A stretch of DNA of 64,000 nucleotides, taken from the NCBI GenBank assembly GCA_017467605.1, contig JAFUSQ010000026.1, forward strand, positions 1,976 to 65,975. Reading direction: 5' to 3'. Positions 19,227 through 28,036 of the stretch are shown here, piece after piece. The DNA is from a bacterium (GTDB lineage Bacteria; Cyanobacteriota; Vampirovibrionia; Gastranaerophilales; Gastranaerophilaceae). Numbering within the stretch: the first letter of the stretch is position 1; each line of letters opens with the position of its first letter. The notes beneath the pieces are model-generated. The model saw only the letters and a program-made list of their open reading frames with translations. It did not search any database and had not been told where the DNA came from. Made by a program: the position numbers and the translations under genes.

Positions 19227-19442
19227 TTAGTTTTTTCTTTCGACAAATTCTAAATCATACCCTAAAATATCGGCAATAATATATGCTTCTGCAAGTGTAA
19301 TTCTGTTAAGTCTTAGTTTGTGTGAAATTCTTTGAAAAGTGTATTTTTCACCTGTTTTTTCGCTCATTAATTCTGCGAGTTTGGTTATTGTAATACACTT
19401 TAGTGCCAATAAAGATTTTATTTTTTCTCTAATTTGTACCAT
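19227..19442 (-). CDS. Small HTH DNA-binding protein (XRE-like)
   Basis: 71 aa. ITITKLAELMSEKTGEKYTFQRISHKL is HTH-like. It is divergent from a pilin-like gene. Confidence 0.65.
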   Translation of the reverse strand: MVQIREKIKSLLALKCITITKLAELMSEKTGEKYTFQRISHKLRLNRITLAEAYIIADILGYDLEFVERKN

Positions 19443-19571
19443 AGGTTAATTATATGATACTTGAATTATTTGATATAATATGTTACTATATAATTAATAT
19501 ATTAATTAATTGATTAATATAATAAGAATAAATTAAAGTAATATATGTTTTAAAAACGAGGATAATTAAGT

Positions 19572-20438
19572 ATGAAAAAACGACAAATTAAAGATGACAG
19601 GGGTAAAAATGATTCCCTTGTCCAAGGGGAGAGTGGACAAACAGTTAACTTATCTGCCCCGATGGGGGAAGTGGCACGAAGTGCCGAAGGGGAAGTATCC
19701 CGTAGGGTTGCTTTTACGTTAGCAGAAATCCTCATAACAATCGGCATAATCGGAGTAGTCGCGGCAATGACTATCCCGACACTTATTCAAAAAAATCAAA
19801 AAAGAATTATTGAAGCTAGTATCAAAGAGGATTATTCAATAATTCAACAGGTTATTCGTCAAAATGAAGCTAATGATATCGATATAGTTTCGGAATTTAA
19901 AGATGGTGATACTCAATTTTTAAAAACGTGGTTTGAAACATATTTTGCACCGTATATGAAATATAATCGTGTTTGTTACAATAAAGCTGGCTGCTGGCAA
20001 AATAGGGGTTTAAACAAAGCATTGAGCGGTATAAGTGTTCATATTGATCGTGGTACCATAGGTGTTGGAGAAAATATAATTACTGTAAAGTTAAATAATG
20101 GTTCAAATTTAAATTTTGATGTTTGGGCTACCACAAACTCTATAACCAATGTTAATGCTTGGAATTATTTTGGTATACGTACAAATTCACCTGTTTTGAC
20201 TATTTATATAGATGCAAATGGTGATTCTCCTCCAAATGTTTTTGGAAAAGATATTTATGTCATGGCGTATGCTCCGGAAACAGGTTTGGTTTATGCCGGT
20301 TATCATAGGACAGATAGTGAAATTAATAAAAATTGCTCAAAAAATGCAACTGGCAGCAATGCCGGTTTTTATTGTCTAATGCGAATTAAAAATCATGGCT
20401 GGCAGATTCTTGATGAGGTTTGGAGAATTAAGACCTAA
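19572..20438 (+). CDS. Type IV pilin-like protein with a long leader containing a REP element
   Basis: VAFTLAEILITIGIIGVVAAMTIPTLI prepilin motif about 46 aa after an SD-preceded ATG. Leader residues QTVNLSAPMGEVARSAEGEVSRR are encoded by repeat 19641-19707. Confidence 0.75.
   Translation: MKKRQIKDDRGKNDSLVQGESGQTVNLSAPMGEVARSAEGEVSRRVAFTLAEILITIGIIGVVAAMTIPTLIQKNQKRIIEASIKEDYSIIQQVIRQNEANDIDIVSEFKDGDTQFLKTWFETYFAPYMKYNRVCYNKAGCWQNRGLNKALSGISVHIDRGTIGVGENIITVKLNNGSNLNFDVWATTNSITNVNAWNYFGIRTNSPVLTIYIDANGDSPPNVFGKDIYVMAYAPETGLVYAGYHRTDSEINKNCSKNATGSNAGFYCLMRIKNHGWQILDEVWRIKT
19641..19707. repeat. REP family D copy (ctgccccga.ggggaagtggcacg.agtgccg.aggggaagtatcccgtaggg)
   Basis: 62 of 67 nt identical to 28195-28261. 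A shorter copy lies at 52847-52885. Confidence 0.85.
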
Positions 20439-21658
20439 CCTAATATCGCCTTATGAAAGACTTTTTTGCCTTTGCGGATTTTCAAACCTGATTGTAAATC
20501 TTCAATTGTATAAGTTTTGTCTAATCCGGACACAACTTCATCATTTACACTGATTCCGCCCTGCTGAATAAGACGTTTTGCTTCTCCTTTGCTTGCGCAA
20601 AGTCCGCATTTTACAACAAGATTTGCGATATTTATAACTCCGTCTGTTAAATCTTCGTTACTGATTTCTGTTGTCGGCATGTTTTCACTGTCGCCTGCTC
20701 CGCTAAATAGTGCGTATGCGGCAGCTTTTGCTTTTTCGGCTTCTTCTGTGCCATGAACTAATTGAGTTAATTCGTATGCCAATATCTCTTTCTTTTCATT
20801 AATTCTGTTGTCTTCCCAAGTTTCCATTTCCTTAATTTGTTCCATTGGTAAGAAGGTCAACATTTTTATACATCTCATAACATCTGCATCATCAACATTT
20901 CGCCAATACTGATAAAATTCAAACGGAGATGTCTTATTTGGATCAAGCCATACTGCCCCTTTTGCGGTTTTGCCCATTTTTTTGCCTTCGCTGTTTAATA
21001 AAAGGGTTATGGTCATTGCAAATGCATCATCACCTGTTTTTTTGCGGATTAATTCCGTTCCTGCAAGCATATTACTCCATTGGTCATCTCCGCCAAATTG
21101 CATGTTGCAGCCGTAATTTTGATGCAAATGATAAAAATCGTATGCCTGCATTATCATATAATTGAACTCTAAAAAGCTCAATCCTTTTTCCATTCTTTGT
21201 TTGTAACATTCCGCACGAAGCATATTGTTAACTGTAAAACATGCTCCTACTTCTCTTAATAGCTCTATATAATTCAAATTCAAAAGCCAATCGGCATTGT
21301 TTACCATAATAGCCGCATCTTCGCCAAATGTTATAAATCTTTCCATTTGTTTTTTGAAGCAATCACAGTTGTGTTGGATAATTTCAGGGGTCATCATTGA
21401 GCGCATATCACTTCTGCCTGAAGGATCTCCAATATAACCCGTTCCTCCGCCAATTAAAACAACAGGCTTGTTCCCCGCCATTTGTAATCTTTTCATTAAA
21501 CATAATGCCATAAAATGACCTACATGTAATGAATCCGCCGTCGGGTCAAACCCTATATAAAACCGTGCACCACCATTATTGATAAGTTCTCTGATTTCCT
21601 TATCATCTGTTACCTGTGCTATTAATCCTCGTTCCTGTAATTCTTCAAATATTCCCAT
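20435..21658 (-). CDS. tyrS: Tyrosine--tRNA ligase
   Basis: 407 aa with the class I HIGH motif (LHVGHF), a KMSKS-like KMGKT motif and a C-terminal S4-like domain. Confidence 0.93.
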   Translation of the reverse strand: MGIFEELQERGLIAQVTDDKEIRELINNGGARFYIGFDPTADSLHVGHFMALCLMKRLQMAGNKPVVLIGGGTGYIGDPSGRSDMRSMMTPEIIQHNCDCFKKQMERFITFGEDAAIMVNNADWLLNLNYIELLREVGACFTVNNMLRAECYKQRMEKGLSFLEFNYMIMQAYDFYHLHQNYGCNMQFGGDDQWSNMLAGTELIRKKTGDDAFAMTITLLLNSEGKKMGKTAKGAVWLDPNKTSPFEFYQYWRNVDDADVMRCIKMLTFLPMEQIKEMETWEDNRINEKKEILAYELTQLVHGTEEAEKAKAAAYALFSGAGDSENMPTTEISNEDLTDGVINIANLVVKCGLCASKGEAKRLIQQGGISVNDEVVSGLDKTYTIEDLQSGLKIRKGKKVFHKAILG

Positions 21659-21750
21659 AATATCCCTTGTTGTTAATTTTATGTGTTGGGTTGAAAACCC
21701 AACCTACTATAATATATGTAGGTCGGCATTGCTATGCCGACAATTAATTT

Positions 21751-21998
21751 GTAGTTCTCGTCCGTACCGAACTTAAATTCTGCTCGATTCGCAAATGGTG
21801 GGCGGTACTGGACTGTCTTGACTCGCTCGCATTAAACGGGTCTGCGCATTTTGCATTTATGGCTTTGCCATAAGCAAAATAGGCTTCGCCCTCTGCTCGC
21901 TCGTCGCTCGAACCATACAAGGCTTTTCGCCTTGTGGTTCTCGTCCGTACCGAACTTTTACCACTTTTCCTTTTGCAAATGGTGGGCGGTACTGGACT
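21751..21998. repeat. Two direct copies (about 184-bp period) of a roughly 64-bp unit that includes the 3' 19 nt of the adjacent tRNA
   Basis: gt(a/g)gttctcgtccgtaccgaactt at 21751-21774 and 21934-21957. gcaaatggtgggcggtactggact at 21791-21814 and 21975-21998. Confidence 0.8.
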
Positions 21999-22055
21999 CG
22001 AACCAGCGACCCCCACAATGTCGATGTGATGCGCTACCAACTGCGCCAACCGCCC
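21980..22055 (-). tRNA. tRNA, probably Val(GAC); encoded CCA; unusual C at position 33
   Basis: Hand-folded cloverleaf: GGGCGGT-TG-GCGC-AGTTGGTA-GCGC-A-TCACA-TCGACAT-TGTGG-GGGTC-GCTGG-TTCGAGT-CCAGT-ACCGCCC-A-CCA (76 nt). Confidence 0.75.
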
Positions 22056-22203
22056 CCACCAAACTATTCAATTTTCAATGTCGATTTAAATTTTCTCCCT
22101 CGCCCTTTTAAAGGGAGAGGGTTGGGGTGAGGGTTAATTCCCTCCCGCTAACTCTATTCTATCAGCTAAATATCATTTGTAAATCTTATATAATTATTAG
22201 TCC

Positions 22204-22518
22204 TTATTTTTTTATAATTTTTATTATTTCATAAATTTGCCTTAATTTTTGGGTTGAACAATCTGATAATAAGGCATTTATATTTTTAACTAATCCTTCT
22301 TGAGTACTTTTCGACGTAAGCAATAATTCCAACGGCGAAATTTTGAAGTATTTGCAGATTTTATCTATAGTATCTGATGTTGGTTGATATCTGTTGCGCT
22401 CAATATTTGAAAGTCCAACAATACTGAGTCCAACTTTTTCTGAAAATTCTTCTTGTGTTAATCCGTTTTTTATTCTCAGTTTTTTAATATTTTCATTTAT
22501 TAATTTTTGGTATTGCAT
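22204..22518 (-). CDS. XRE-family HTH transcriptional regulator
   Basis: 104 aa; NGLTQEEFSEKVGLSIVGLSNIERNRYQPT matches the HTH pattern. Confidence 0.8.
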   Translation of the reverse strand: MQYQKLINENIKKLRIKNGLTQEEFSEKVGLSIVGLSNIERNRYQPTSDTIDKICKYFKISPLELLLTSKSTQEGLVKNINALLSDCSTQKLRQIYEIIKIIKK

Positions 22519-22696
22519 AATACATACTTTATATTCATTCTCTATATAGTTTAATAAATTATTTAACTACTTTTATGGCTAAATAATTGTAAAGAATTGT
22601 AAAAATACCATATTATATAAGCAATTTGGCAGATAAAAAATTTTTCATGATTGTGTAAGCAATGTGTGCTTGAGAGTATAAAAAGGAGATTTGATT

Positions 22697-23743
22697 ATGG
22701 ACCCTATTTCAGTACAAAAGGGAGACAACCTTACCAAAATTGCAAAAAATTATGACACTACAGTTGATGAGTTACTCAAACTTAATCCGAAATTAAAGGA
22801 TAGGCCAAACTTAATTTTTGCCGGTGAAAAAATTAATGTACCAAAACCGCCAAGTGAAACACCTTATCCCGGTTTAGGTGTTGAAAGAGAGAATAATGAA
22901 TTACCTAAAGCCCCTTGGCAAGAAGGCTATGAAGAAGGCGGTATTCCGAAAGCAACCGTAAAAGAGGATAGCAATGAATCTGCAGCCAGAGAAAATACTA
23001 CTCTTGGTACTGCGTTAACTTTGGGTGCTAAAGGTTATCTTAAAAGAGCTCAAATTAAAGCAATGCCAAAAGATATAAAAAATCAAGCAACAACTGCAAA
23101 AAGAGCCGCTTCAAGAACATTGAAAAATGCCAAAGGTAAAATAGCAAAAGCCAAAGCTCATAATATTAGAAATACTGCTGCAGGTAAAATCAGAGAAGCC
23201 AGAAAAGCAACCGCAAATTTTAAATCAGAAGAAGCTAAATTAAAAGAATTACAACAGAAAGCTAAAGCAGCAAAAGGTGAAGCTAAAAAAGAATTACAAA
23301 GACAAATACAAAAACAAAAAGATATATTAGGTCAGGCAAGAGCCAAAAAAGTTGCTAAACAAGAAGCCGCTGCTGCTGCAAAAAGAAAAGTAACTAAGAA
23401 TGTAAATAAAGCAGTTGGAAAAGGAGTTACAAAGAAAGCAGCTGCAAAGGCTGCGACAAAAGGCATTGTAAAAAAAGCTGCAGGAAAAGCTTCCGGAAAA
23501 GCTGTGGCAAAAGTGGCAGGTAAGGCTGCCGGTAAAACAGTATTGAAGAAAATACCTGGTGTAGGTCTTATTGCCGGTTTAGCTTTTGCTGCTGATCGTG
23601 CAATGCATGGAGATTTCACAGGTGCAGCAATGGAAGTTGCTTCAGGTGCCGTAAGTTGTGTTCCGGGATTAGGAACAGCCGCATCTGTCGCAATTGATGT
23701 TGGTTTAGGAGCTAAAGACTTGCATGATGCAAAAGTAATATAA
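22697..23743 (+). CDS. LysM-domain protein with a Lys/Ala-rich central region and a Gly-zipper hydrophobic C-terminus
   Basis: The N-terminus [26 protein letters not shown]...GEKINVP is a LysM motif. ATG at 22697 with SD aaaggag upstream. Confidence 0.8.
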   Translation: MDPISVQKGDNLTKIAKNYDTTVDELLKLNPKLKDRPNLIFAGEKINVPKPPSETPYPGLGVERENNELPKAPWQEGYEEGGIPKATVKEDSNESAARENTTLGTALTLGAKGYLKRAQIKAMPKDIKNQATTAKRAASRTLKNAKGKIAKAKAHNIRNTAAGKIREARKATANFKSEEAKLKELQQKAKAAKGEAKKELQRQIQKQKDILGQARAKKVAKQEAAAAAKRKVTKNVNKAVGKGVTKKAAAKAATKGIVKKAAGKASGKAVAKVAGKAAGKTVLKKIPGVGLIAGLAFAADRAMHGDFTGAAMEVASGAVSCVPGLGTAASVAIDVGLGAKDLHDAKVI

Positions 23744-23772
23744 ATTTTTGTAATTTATAGAATTTGCAAAAT

Positions 23773-23801
23773 AAAAAGCACCTGATTTTCAGGTGCTTTT
23801 T
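23773..23801. terminator. Bidirectional terminator between the LysM gene and rplA
   Basis: aaaaagcacctg-atttt-caggtgcttttt. Confidence 0.8.
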
Positions 23802-23817
23802 ATCAAAGTTTATATTA

Positions 23818-24540
23818 TTAAACCAATTCTTTTACTTCAGCAGCAAATGTTTTCGGGTCTAATTTGATACCGGGTCCCATTGTTGTTGACAAGTAAACTG
23901 ATTTTACAAATGTACCTTTTGCTGATGATGGTTTTGCTTTTAATACCGCATCTGCTAAAGTTGCATAGTTTTTAATTAAATCATCTTCAGCAAATTGGAT
24001 TTTTCCGATAGGGCAGTGAATCATACCTTGTTTGTCAGCTCTGTATTCAACTTTACCTGCCTTAGCGTCTTTTACTGCTTTTGCAATATCCATTGTTACA
24101 GTTCCGGTTTTAGGGTTTGGCATCAAGCCTTTCGGACCTAACACTCTACCTAATTTACCTAACATACCCATACAATCAGGTGTTGCAATCAATGTATCAA
24201 ATTCAAACCAACCGCCTGAAATCTTATCAATGATTTCTTCTGCTCCTGCAAAGTCTGCACCTGCTTCAGTTGCTTCAGTTGCTTTAGCACCTTTTGCTAT
24301 AACGCAAACTCTTACTTCTTTACCTAAGCCTGCAGGTAATACTACTGTTGATCTGATTTGTTGATCTGCTTGACGTACGTCAATACCTAATCTCATGTGG
24401 CATTCAACTGTTTCGTTGAATTTTGAAACTTCTTTTGAAATTTCCTGTAATTTTTTTATTGCATCTACTGCTGTTGACGGTTGTGCAAAACCTTCAAGCA
24501 TTTCTTGCATTTTTCTTTGTTTTTTTGTTATTTTTGACAT
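23818..24540 (-). CDS. rplA: 50S ribosomal protein L1
   Basis: [15 protein letters not shown]... 240 aa; ATG at 24540 inside a longer ORF. Position after rplK is the conserved gene order. Confidence 0.93.
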   Translation of the reverse strand: MSKITKKQRKMQEMLEGFAQPSTAVDAIKKLQEISKEVSKFNETVECHMRLGIDVRQADQQIRSTVVLPAGLGKEVRVCVIAKGAKATEATEAGADFAGAEEIIDKISGGWFEFDTLIATPDCMGMLGKLGRVLGPKGLMPNPKTGTVTMDIAKAVKDAKAGKVEYRADKQGMIHCPIGKIQFAEDDLIKNYATLADAVLKAKPSSAKGTFVKSVYLSTTMGPGIKLDPKTFAAEVKELV

Positions 24541-24589
24541 TTTATTTTCCTTTCGTGGTAATAACGGACTTACGTCCTTCCATCTTGTA
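24541..24589 (-). promoter_or_regulatory. Candidate L1-binding leader-like element (rplK-rplA spacer)
   Basis: Minus-sense tacaagatggaaggacgtaagtccgttattaccacgaaaggaaaataaa aligns over about 45 nt with the rplK leader at 25016-25075. It contains the ggac-gtaa-gtcc hairpin. Confidence 0.3.
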
Positions 24590-25015
24590 CTAATCTTTAA
24601 CTGTAACACCCATTGCTCTGCATGAACCTGCAATCATTTTTACTGCTGCGTCCATGGTTGTTGCATTCAAATCGTCCATTTTAATTTTTGCGATTTCTTC
24701 CAATTGTGCTCTTGTGATTTCAGCAACTTTATCCTTGTTAGGTGCTGAAGAACCCTTTGGAATATTTAATGCTTTTTTAATCAATACCGGTGCCGGTGGT
24801 GATTTGATTATGAATGTAAAGCTTTTGTCTTCGTAAACATCAATAACTACAGGGATAATGTAACCTGCTTTGTCTTGAGTTTTAGCATTGAATTGTTTAC
24901 AAAAATCCATGATGTTTACACCATGCTGACCTAATGCAGGACCAACAGGTGGTGCCGGATTTGCTTTTCCTGCTTCAATTTGAAGCTTAATTTTTCCTAC
25001 TACTTTTTTTGCCAT
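24590..25015 (-). CDS. rplK: 50S ribosomal protein L11
   Basis: [36 protein letters not shown] is a canonical L11 N-terminus. ATG at 25015. Confidence 0.95.
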   Translation of the reverse strand: MAKKVVGKIKLQIEAGKANPAPPVGPALGQHGVNIMDFCKQFNAKTQDKAGYIIPVVIDVYEDKSFTFIIKSPPAPVLIKKALNIPKGSSAPNKDKVAEITRAQLEEIAKIKMDDLNATTMDAAVKMIAGSCRAMGVTVKD

Positions 25016-25075
25016 GTTTTTCTCCTTTTGTGGTCTTAACGGGGGCGTCCCTTCCACATTTTGTACTATCTTTTA
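25016..25075 (-). promoter_or_regulatory. Candidate L11-operon leader (L1 autoregulatory-site-like)
   Basis: Minus-sense gatagtacaaaatgtggaagggacgcccccgttaagaccacaaaaggag shares the motif AGTACAA.ATG.GGAAGG.ACG-N5-CGTTA-NN-ACCAC with 24541-24589. Confidence 0.3.
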
Positions 25076-25714
25076 TTATAATTTATTTATTTGCTTATAT
25101 TCCAATTCTACCGGAGTTTCACGACCGAAGATTGAAACATTTGCTCTAAGTTTTGATTTATCAGGGTAAACTTCGATAATATCCGCATCAAAGTCTGCGA
25201 AAGGTCCTGATATAATTCTGACCTTATCACCTGCTTTAACATCAAGTTCAATTTTTTCAACTTGTGATGTTGAACGGTGAAGAATCTTTTTAATTTCACT
25301 TTCTCTTGCAGGAATAGGTTTTTTTGCTGAACCTACAAATTTTGTAACTCCTGATGTATGTCTTACTACATACCAGCTATCTTCGTCCATTATCATTTCA
25401 ACCAGAACATAACCCGGGAAGATTTTTTCTTCTTTTTCCTGTTTTTTACCTGCCTTCATTTGAGTTACAGTTTTTTGAGGAACTTCTATTCTAAAAATCT
25501 TGTCACCCATGTTCATATATTCAATACGTTTTTCCAAGTTCACTTTAACTTTGTTTTCGTATCCTGAATATGTGTGAACGATATACCATCTTTTTTGGTT
25601 TTTCTTAGCTTCTTTTACTTCTGCTTCAGCTTGTTCTTGAACTTGAGCTTCTGCTTGTTCAGCCAAGATATCTTCGTTCAGTTGTTCTTCCATTGTTTTT
25701 TCTTTTTTAGTCAT
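25076..25714 (-). CDS. nusG: Transcription termination/antitermination factor NusG
   Basis: 212 aa; WYIVHTYSGYENKV NGN domain plus a KOW motif (GDKVRIISGPFADF). Confidence 0.93.
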   Translation of the reverse strand: MTKKEKTMEEQLNEDILAEQAEAQVQEQAEAEVKEAKKNQKRWYIVHTYSGYENKVKVNLEKRIEYMNMGDKIFRIEVPQKTVTQMKAGKKQEKEEKIFPGYVLVEMIMDEDSWYVVRHTSGVTKFVGSAKKPIPARESEIKKILHRSTSQVEKIELDVKAGDKVRIISGPFADFDADIIEVYPDKSKLRANVSIFGRETPVELEYKQINKL

Positions 25715-25738
25715 AAGCCACCTATCTTGCTTAAATTT

Positions 25739-25930
25739 TTACTTTATAAAGCTGAGTAATCCTTTGAATAAAAGATCCATCAAATATATTGCTACTGTAA
25801 ACACAATTACGATTACTAAAACTGAGCAAGTTTCAAATACAACCTGACGTTTTTCAGGCCAGCTGATTTTGCCCCATTCGGTTCTCACACCTTTAAAATA
25901 TGTTTTAATTGATTCTAGCGTATCATTCAT
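25739..25930 (-). CDS. secE: Preprotein translocase subunit SecE
   Basis: 63 aa; the pattern KGVRTEWGKISWPEKRQV plus a single TM segment. Conserved position upstream of nusG. Confidence 0.88.
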   Translation of the reverse strand: MNDTLESIKTYFKGVRTEWGKISWPEKRQVVFETCSVLVIVIVFTVAIYLMDLLFKGLLSFIK

Positions 25931-25955
25931 GTGTTTTTCCTTTTATTTTATAATT

Positions 25956-26028
25956 CGCGCCCTGAAGGACTCGAACCCTCGACATCCGGTTTTGGAGACC
26001 GACGTTCTACCAACTGAACTAAGGACGC
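25956..26028 (-). tRNA. tRNA-Trp (CCA anticodon), CCA end not encoded
   Basis: Hand-folded: GCGTCCT-TA-GTTC-AGTTGGTA-GAAC-G-TCGGT-CTCCAAA-ACCGG-ATGTC-GAGGG-TTCGAGT-CCTTC-AGGGCGC-G. Classic position between rpmG and secE. Confidence 0.9.
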
Positions 26029-26039
26029 ATATTCTAAAG

Positions 26040-26122
26040 TTTGATAAGTTTGATGAGTATATAAGTTCTTTTTATTTTAAAAACCTATCCTACTTAACAA
26101 ACTTATCCTACTTATCTTACTT
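26040..26122. repeat. GATAAGT/ACTTATC degenerate palindromic repeat
   Basis: tttgataagtttgatgagtatataag ... cctatcctacttaacaaacttatcctacttatcttac. Same family as 7705-7850 and 33171-33245. Confidence 0.6.
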
Positions 26123-26290
26123 CTACTTAGTTTCCTTATGTGCAGTATGTTTTTTGCATTTTGGACAATATTTGTTTAATTCCATTCTTTCTTTAATATT
26201 TTTTTTGTTTTTTGTTGTTGTGTAGTTTCTTTCTTTGCATTCTTCACATGCTAGAACTACCATTCTGTCATTTTTTCCTTTGATACCCAT
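26123..26290 (-). CDS. rpmG: 50S ribosomal protein L33
   Basis: Own translation (below the ORF-track cutoff): [55 protein letters not shown]. It has the CxxC...CxxC zinc ribbon typical of L33. Confidence 0.88.
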   Translation of the reverse strand: MGIKGKNDRMVVLACEECKERNYTTTKNKKNIKERMELNKYCPKCKKHTAHKETK

Positions 26291-26440
26291 TGTTTTATTT
26301 CCTTTTTGTTTATTGTGATTTTTTTTTGCTATTTAAAAAGAATGTGTATTCCACATTCTTTTTTCGGCTTGCATATTCATTTTATATTAAAAAAAATAAA
26401 TTGCAATAAAAATGTTAAAAATTGATACATTTTTGACATA

Positions 26441-26468
26441 AAAAACCCTCGAACTAACGAGGGCTTTT
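26441..26468 (-). terminator. Rho-independent terminator after ORF 26476-27066
   Basis: Minus-sense gccctcg-ttagtt-cgagggt followed by tttttt. Confidence 0.7.
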
Positions 26469-26475
26469 GTATAAA

Positions 26476-27066
26476 TTATAATCTTTTTGAATCTCTGTTG
26501 CTGACCCAATCGCCGGAAGTGCTTTGAGAGGAATACTTTCCGACAGAATCACTTCTTAGTTGTTCCATATAAATTTGACCATTTTTAACTACTTGTTGTA
26601 ATTGAGTCAAATTATTTTCAAGACTGGTTAAGACTTGTTGAGCATACAATTCAGCACCTTCTCTGATTTTAACGGCCTCGTCTGTTGCTTGAAGTCTTAC
26701 GTTGTCTGCATCTTGAAGTGCAATGTGCTTAATTTTTTCACAATCTTCAACAACTTCGTTTTTAATTCTTATACCTTCTCGTTCAATTGCTTTAATTTGA
26801 TCTGATTCGGATAATTTTCTATCAGCTTCTGCCTGAGCATCTTGAACGATTTTGGCAGCTTTTTGCTGGGCTTCATTTTGCAATTCTTCTTTACGTTTCA
26901 AGAAAAGTCTTGCTTCTTGAACTTCTCCAGGTAATGCTGCATATATTCTATCAATTAATTCTTCAATTTCCCTTTTGTTTACTACGGTGTATTTTAGTAT
27001 TGAATAACCTTCATCTAAGGCTATTTCCAACATCTTTAGTAAATCATACACTCCATTTTGCGGCAT
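26476..27066 (-). CDS. Coiled-coil protein (ATP-synthase subunit b/H-like or DivIVA-like); function uncertain
   Basis: 196 aa with long heptad-like, Q/E/A/K-rich helices. Sits downstream of coaD. Confidence 0.6.
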   Translation of the reverse strand: MPQNGVYDLLKMLEIALDEGYSILKYTVVNKREIEELIDRIYAALPGEVQEARLFLKRKEELQNEAQQKAAKIVQDAQAEADRKLSESDQIKAIEREGIRIKNEVVEDCEKIKHIALQDADNVRLQATDEAVKIREGAELYAQQVLTSLENNLTQLQQVVKNGQIYMEQLRSDSVGKYSSQSTSGDWVSNRDSKRL

Positions 27067-27183
27067 GTTTAATATCCCTTATTATATCCCTTTCAACATT
27101 TTATAATAATATATTACATAAGCAATTTTTAATTGTCAAATAATATTTTTTCATGGGATTACATATTTTAACATGTCTTGTTT

Positions 27184-27663
27184 TTACTTTTTAATTTTTC
27201 CTGTTAAATATGAAAAAACCGCATCAGGAACGAATTTTGAGATATCTCCGTTATTATTCAAAATTTCTTTGATTGTGCTTGATGAAATGAAATTATATTT
27301 AGGTTTTGTTGTTAAAAATACTGTTTTGATGTCATCACAAAGTGCGGAATTAGTTTGAGACAATTGCATTTCATACTCAAAATCTGATACGGCACGTAAA
27401 CCTCTAATTAAAACTTTTGCACCGTGTTTTTTGGCGTATTCTATAGTCAAACCTTCAAAAGAGTCGACTTCAACATTGTCTAAGTCTTTTATGCTTTGCT
27501 TTATAAGCATTACTCTTTCGTCAGTTGTTAAAAATCCTTTTTTTTCACCATTATGTGCAACGGCAATAATAACTTTGTCAAAAATTTCTGAAGCATTTTT
27601 TAAAATATCTAAATGACCTTTTGTGATAGGGTCAAAACTTCCCGGATAAATTGCGATTTTCAT
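27184..27663 (-). CDS. coaD: Phosphopantetheine adenylyltransferase
   Basis: MKIAIYPGSFDPITKGHLDIL is a canonical CoaD N-terminus; 159 aa. Confidence 0.93.
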   Translation of the reverse strand: MKIAIYPGSFDPITKGHLDILKNASEIFDKVIIAVAHNGEKKGFLTTDERVMLIKQSIKDLDNVEVDSFEGLTIEYAKKHGAKVLIRGLRAVSDFEYEMQLSQTNSALCDDIKTVFLTTKPKYNFISSSTIKEILNNNGDISKFVPDAVFSYLTGKIKK

Positions 27664-27959
27664 ATAAATTTCCTTTCGGGATTATTATAACATGAAGTAA
27701 AATTGTCCATATCCGTAGAGAAAGAACTACATTTACCCCTTTACTCCAAAAAAAAAGCTTCTGAGAAGAAGCTTCCTTGGAATTTTTTACAATTCCTCGT
27801 GTAAAAGATTAGTAGGTAGAAAGTAGAAGGTAGTAAGTATATATAAATTAGATTTATATATCGTTCTTATATACTAATAAAGTATTTTTTATATATAAAA
27901 TTGCGTGGTACTGTTCATGTTGTTACAATACTTTACAATGTATTAATATATTTCACCAC

Positions 27960-27988
27960 TTGCGAAGAATTAAAACATAGATTATAAT
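27960..27988 (+). promoter_or_regulatory. Near-consensus sigma-70 promoter upstream of the DGR target locus
   Basis: TTGCGA (27960-27965), 17-nt spacer, TATAAT (27983-27988). About 35 nt further is SD aggagg (28023-28028) and ATG at 28037. Confidence 0.5.
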
Positions 27989-28036
27989 AATAAATGTAGT
28001 TATAAAACATACAAGAATACACAGGAGGTATTAAAA

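Noticed and set aside
21659-21979. T-box riboswitch upstream of tyrS
   Set aside because: I found no specifier-loop/T-box consensus (GGUGGUACCGCG-like) on the tyrS strand. The ggtgggcggtac match is on the opposite strand and belongs to the tRNA duplicate.
21751-21998. tRNA 3'-end duplication considered as the attL/attR of an integrated prophage or island
   Set aside because: Only about 184 bp separate the copies, and there is no integrase or cargo. At most it is a scar.
21744-22111. ORFs 21744-22049 (minus) and 21851-22111 (plus)
   Set aside because: They overlap the tRNA gene and its duplicated flank. These are typical spurious ORFs across a tRNA/repeat region.
23332-23619. 95-aa minus-strand ORF antisense to the LysM gene; likewise 24032-24364, 13814-14074, 10577-11137, 28359-28745 and other antisense ORFs inside long genes
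   Set aside because: They are embedded opposite well-supported genes, have compositionally biased sequences and lack SDs. These are typical shadow ORFs.
25869-26225. 118-aa plus-strand ORF
   Set aside because: It runs antisense across secE, tRNA-Trp and rpmG, and those real features explain the region.
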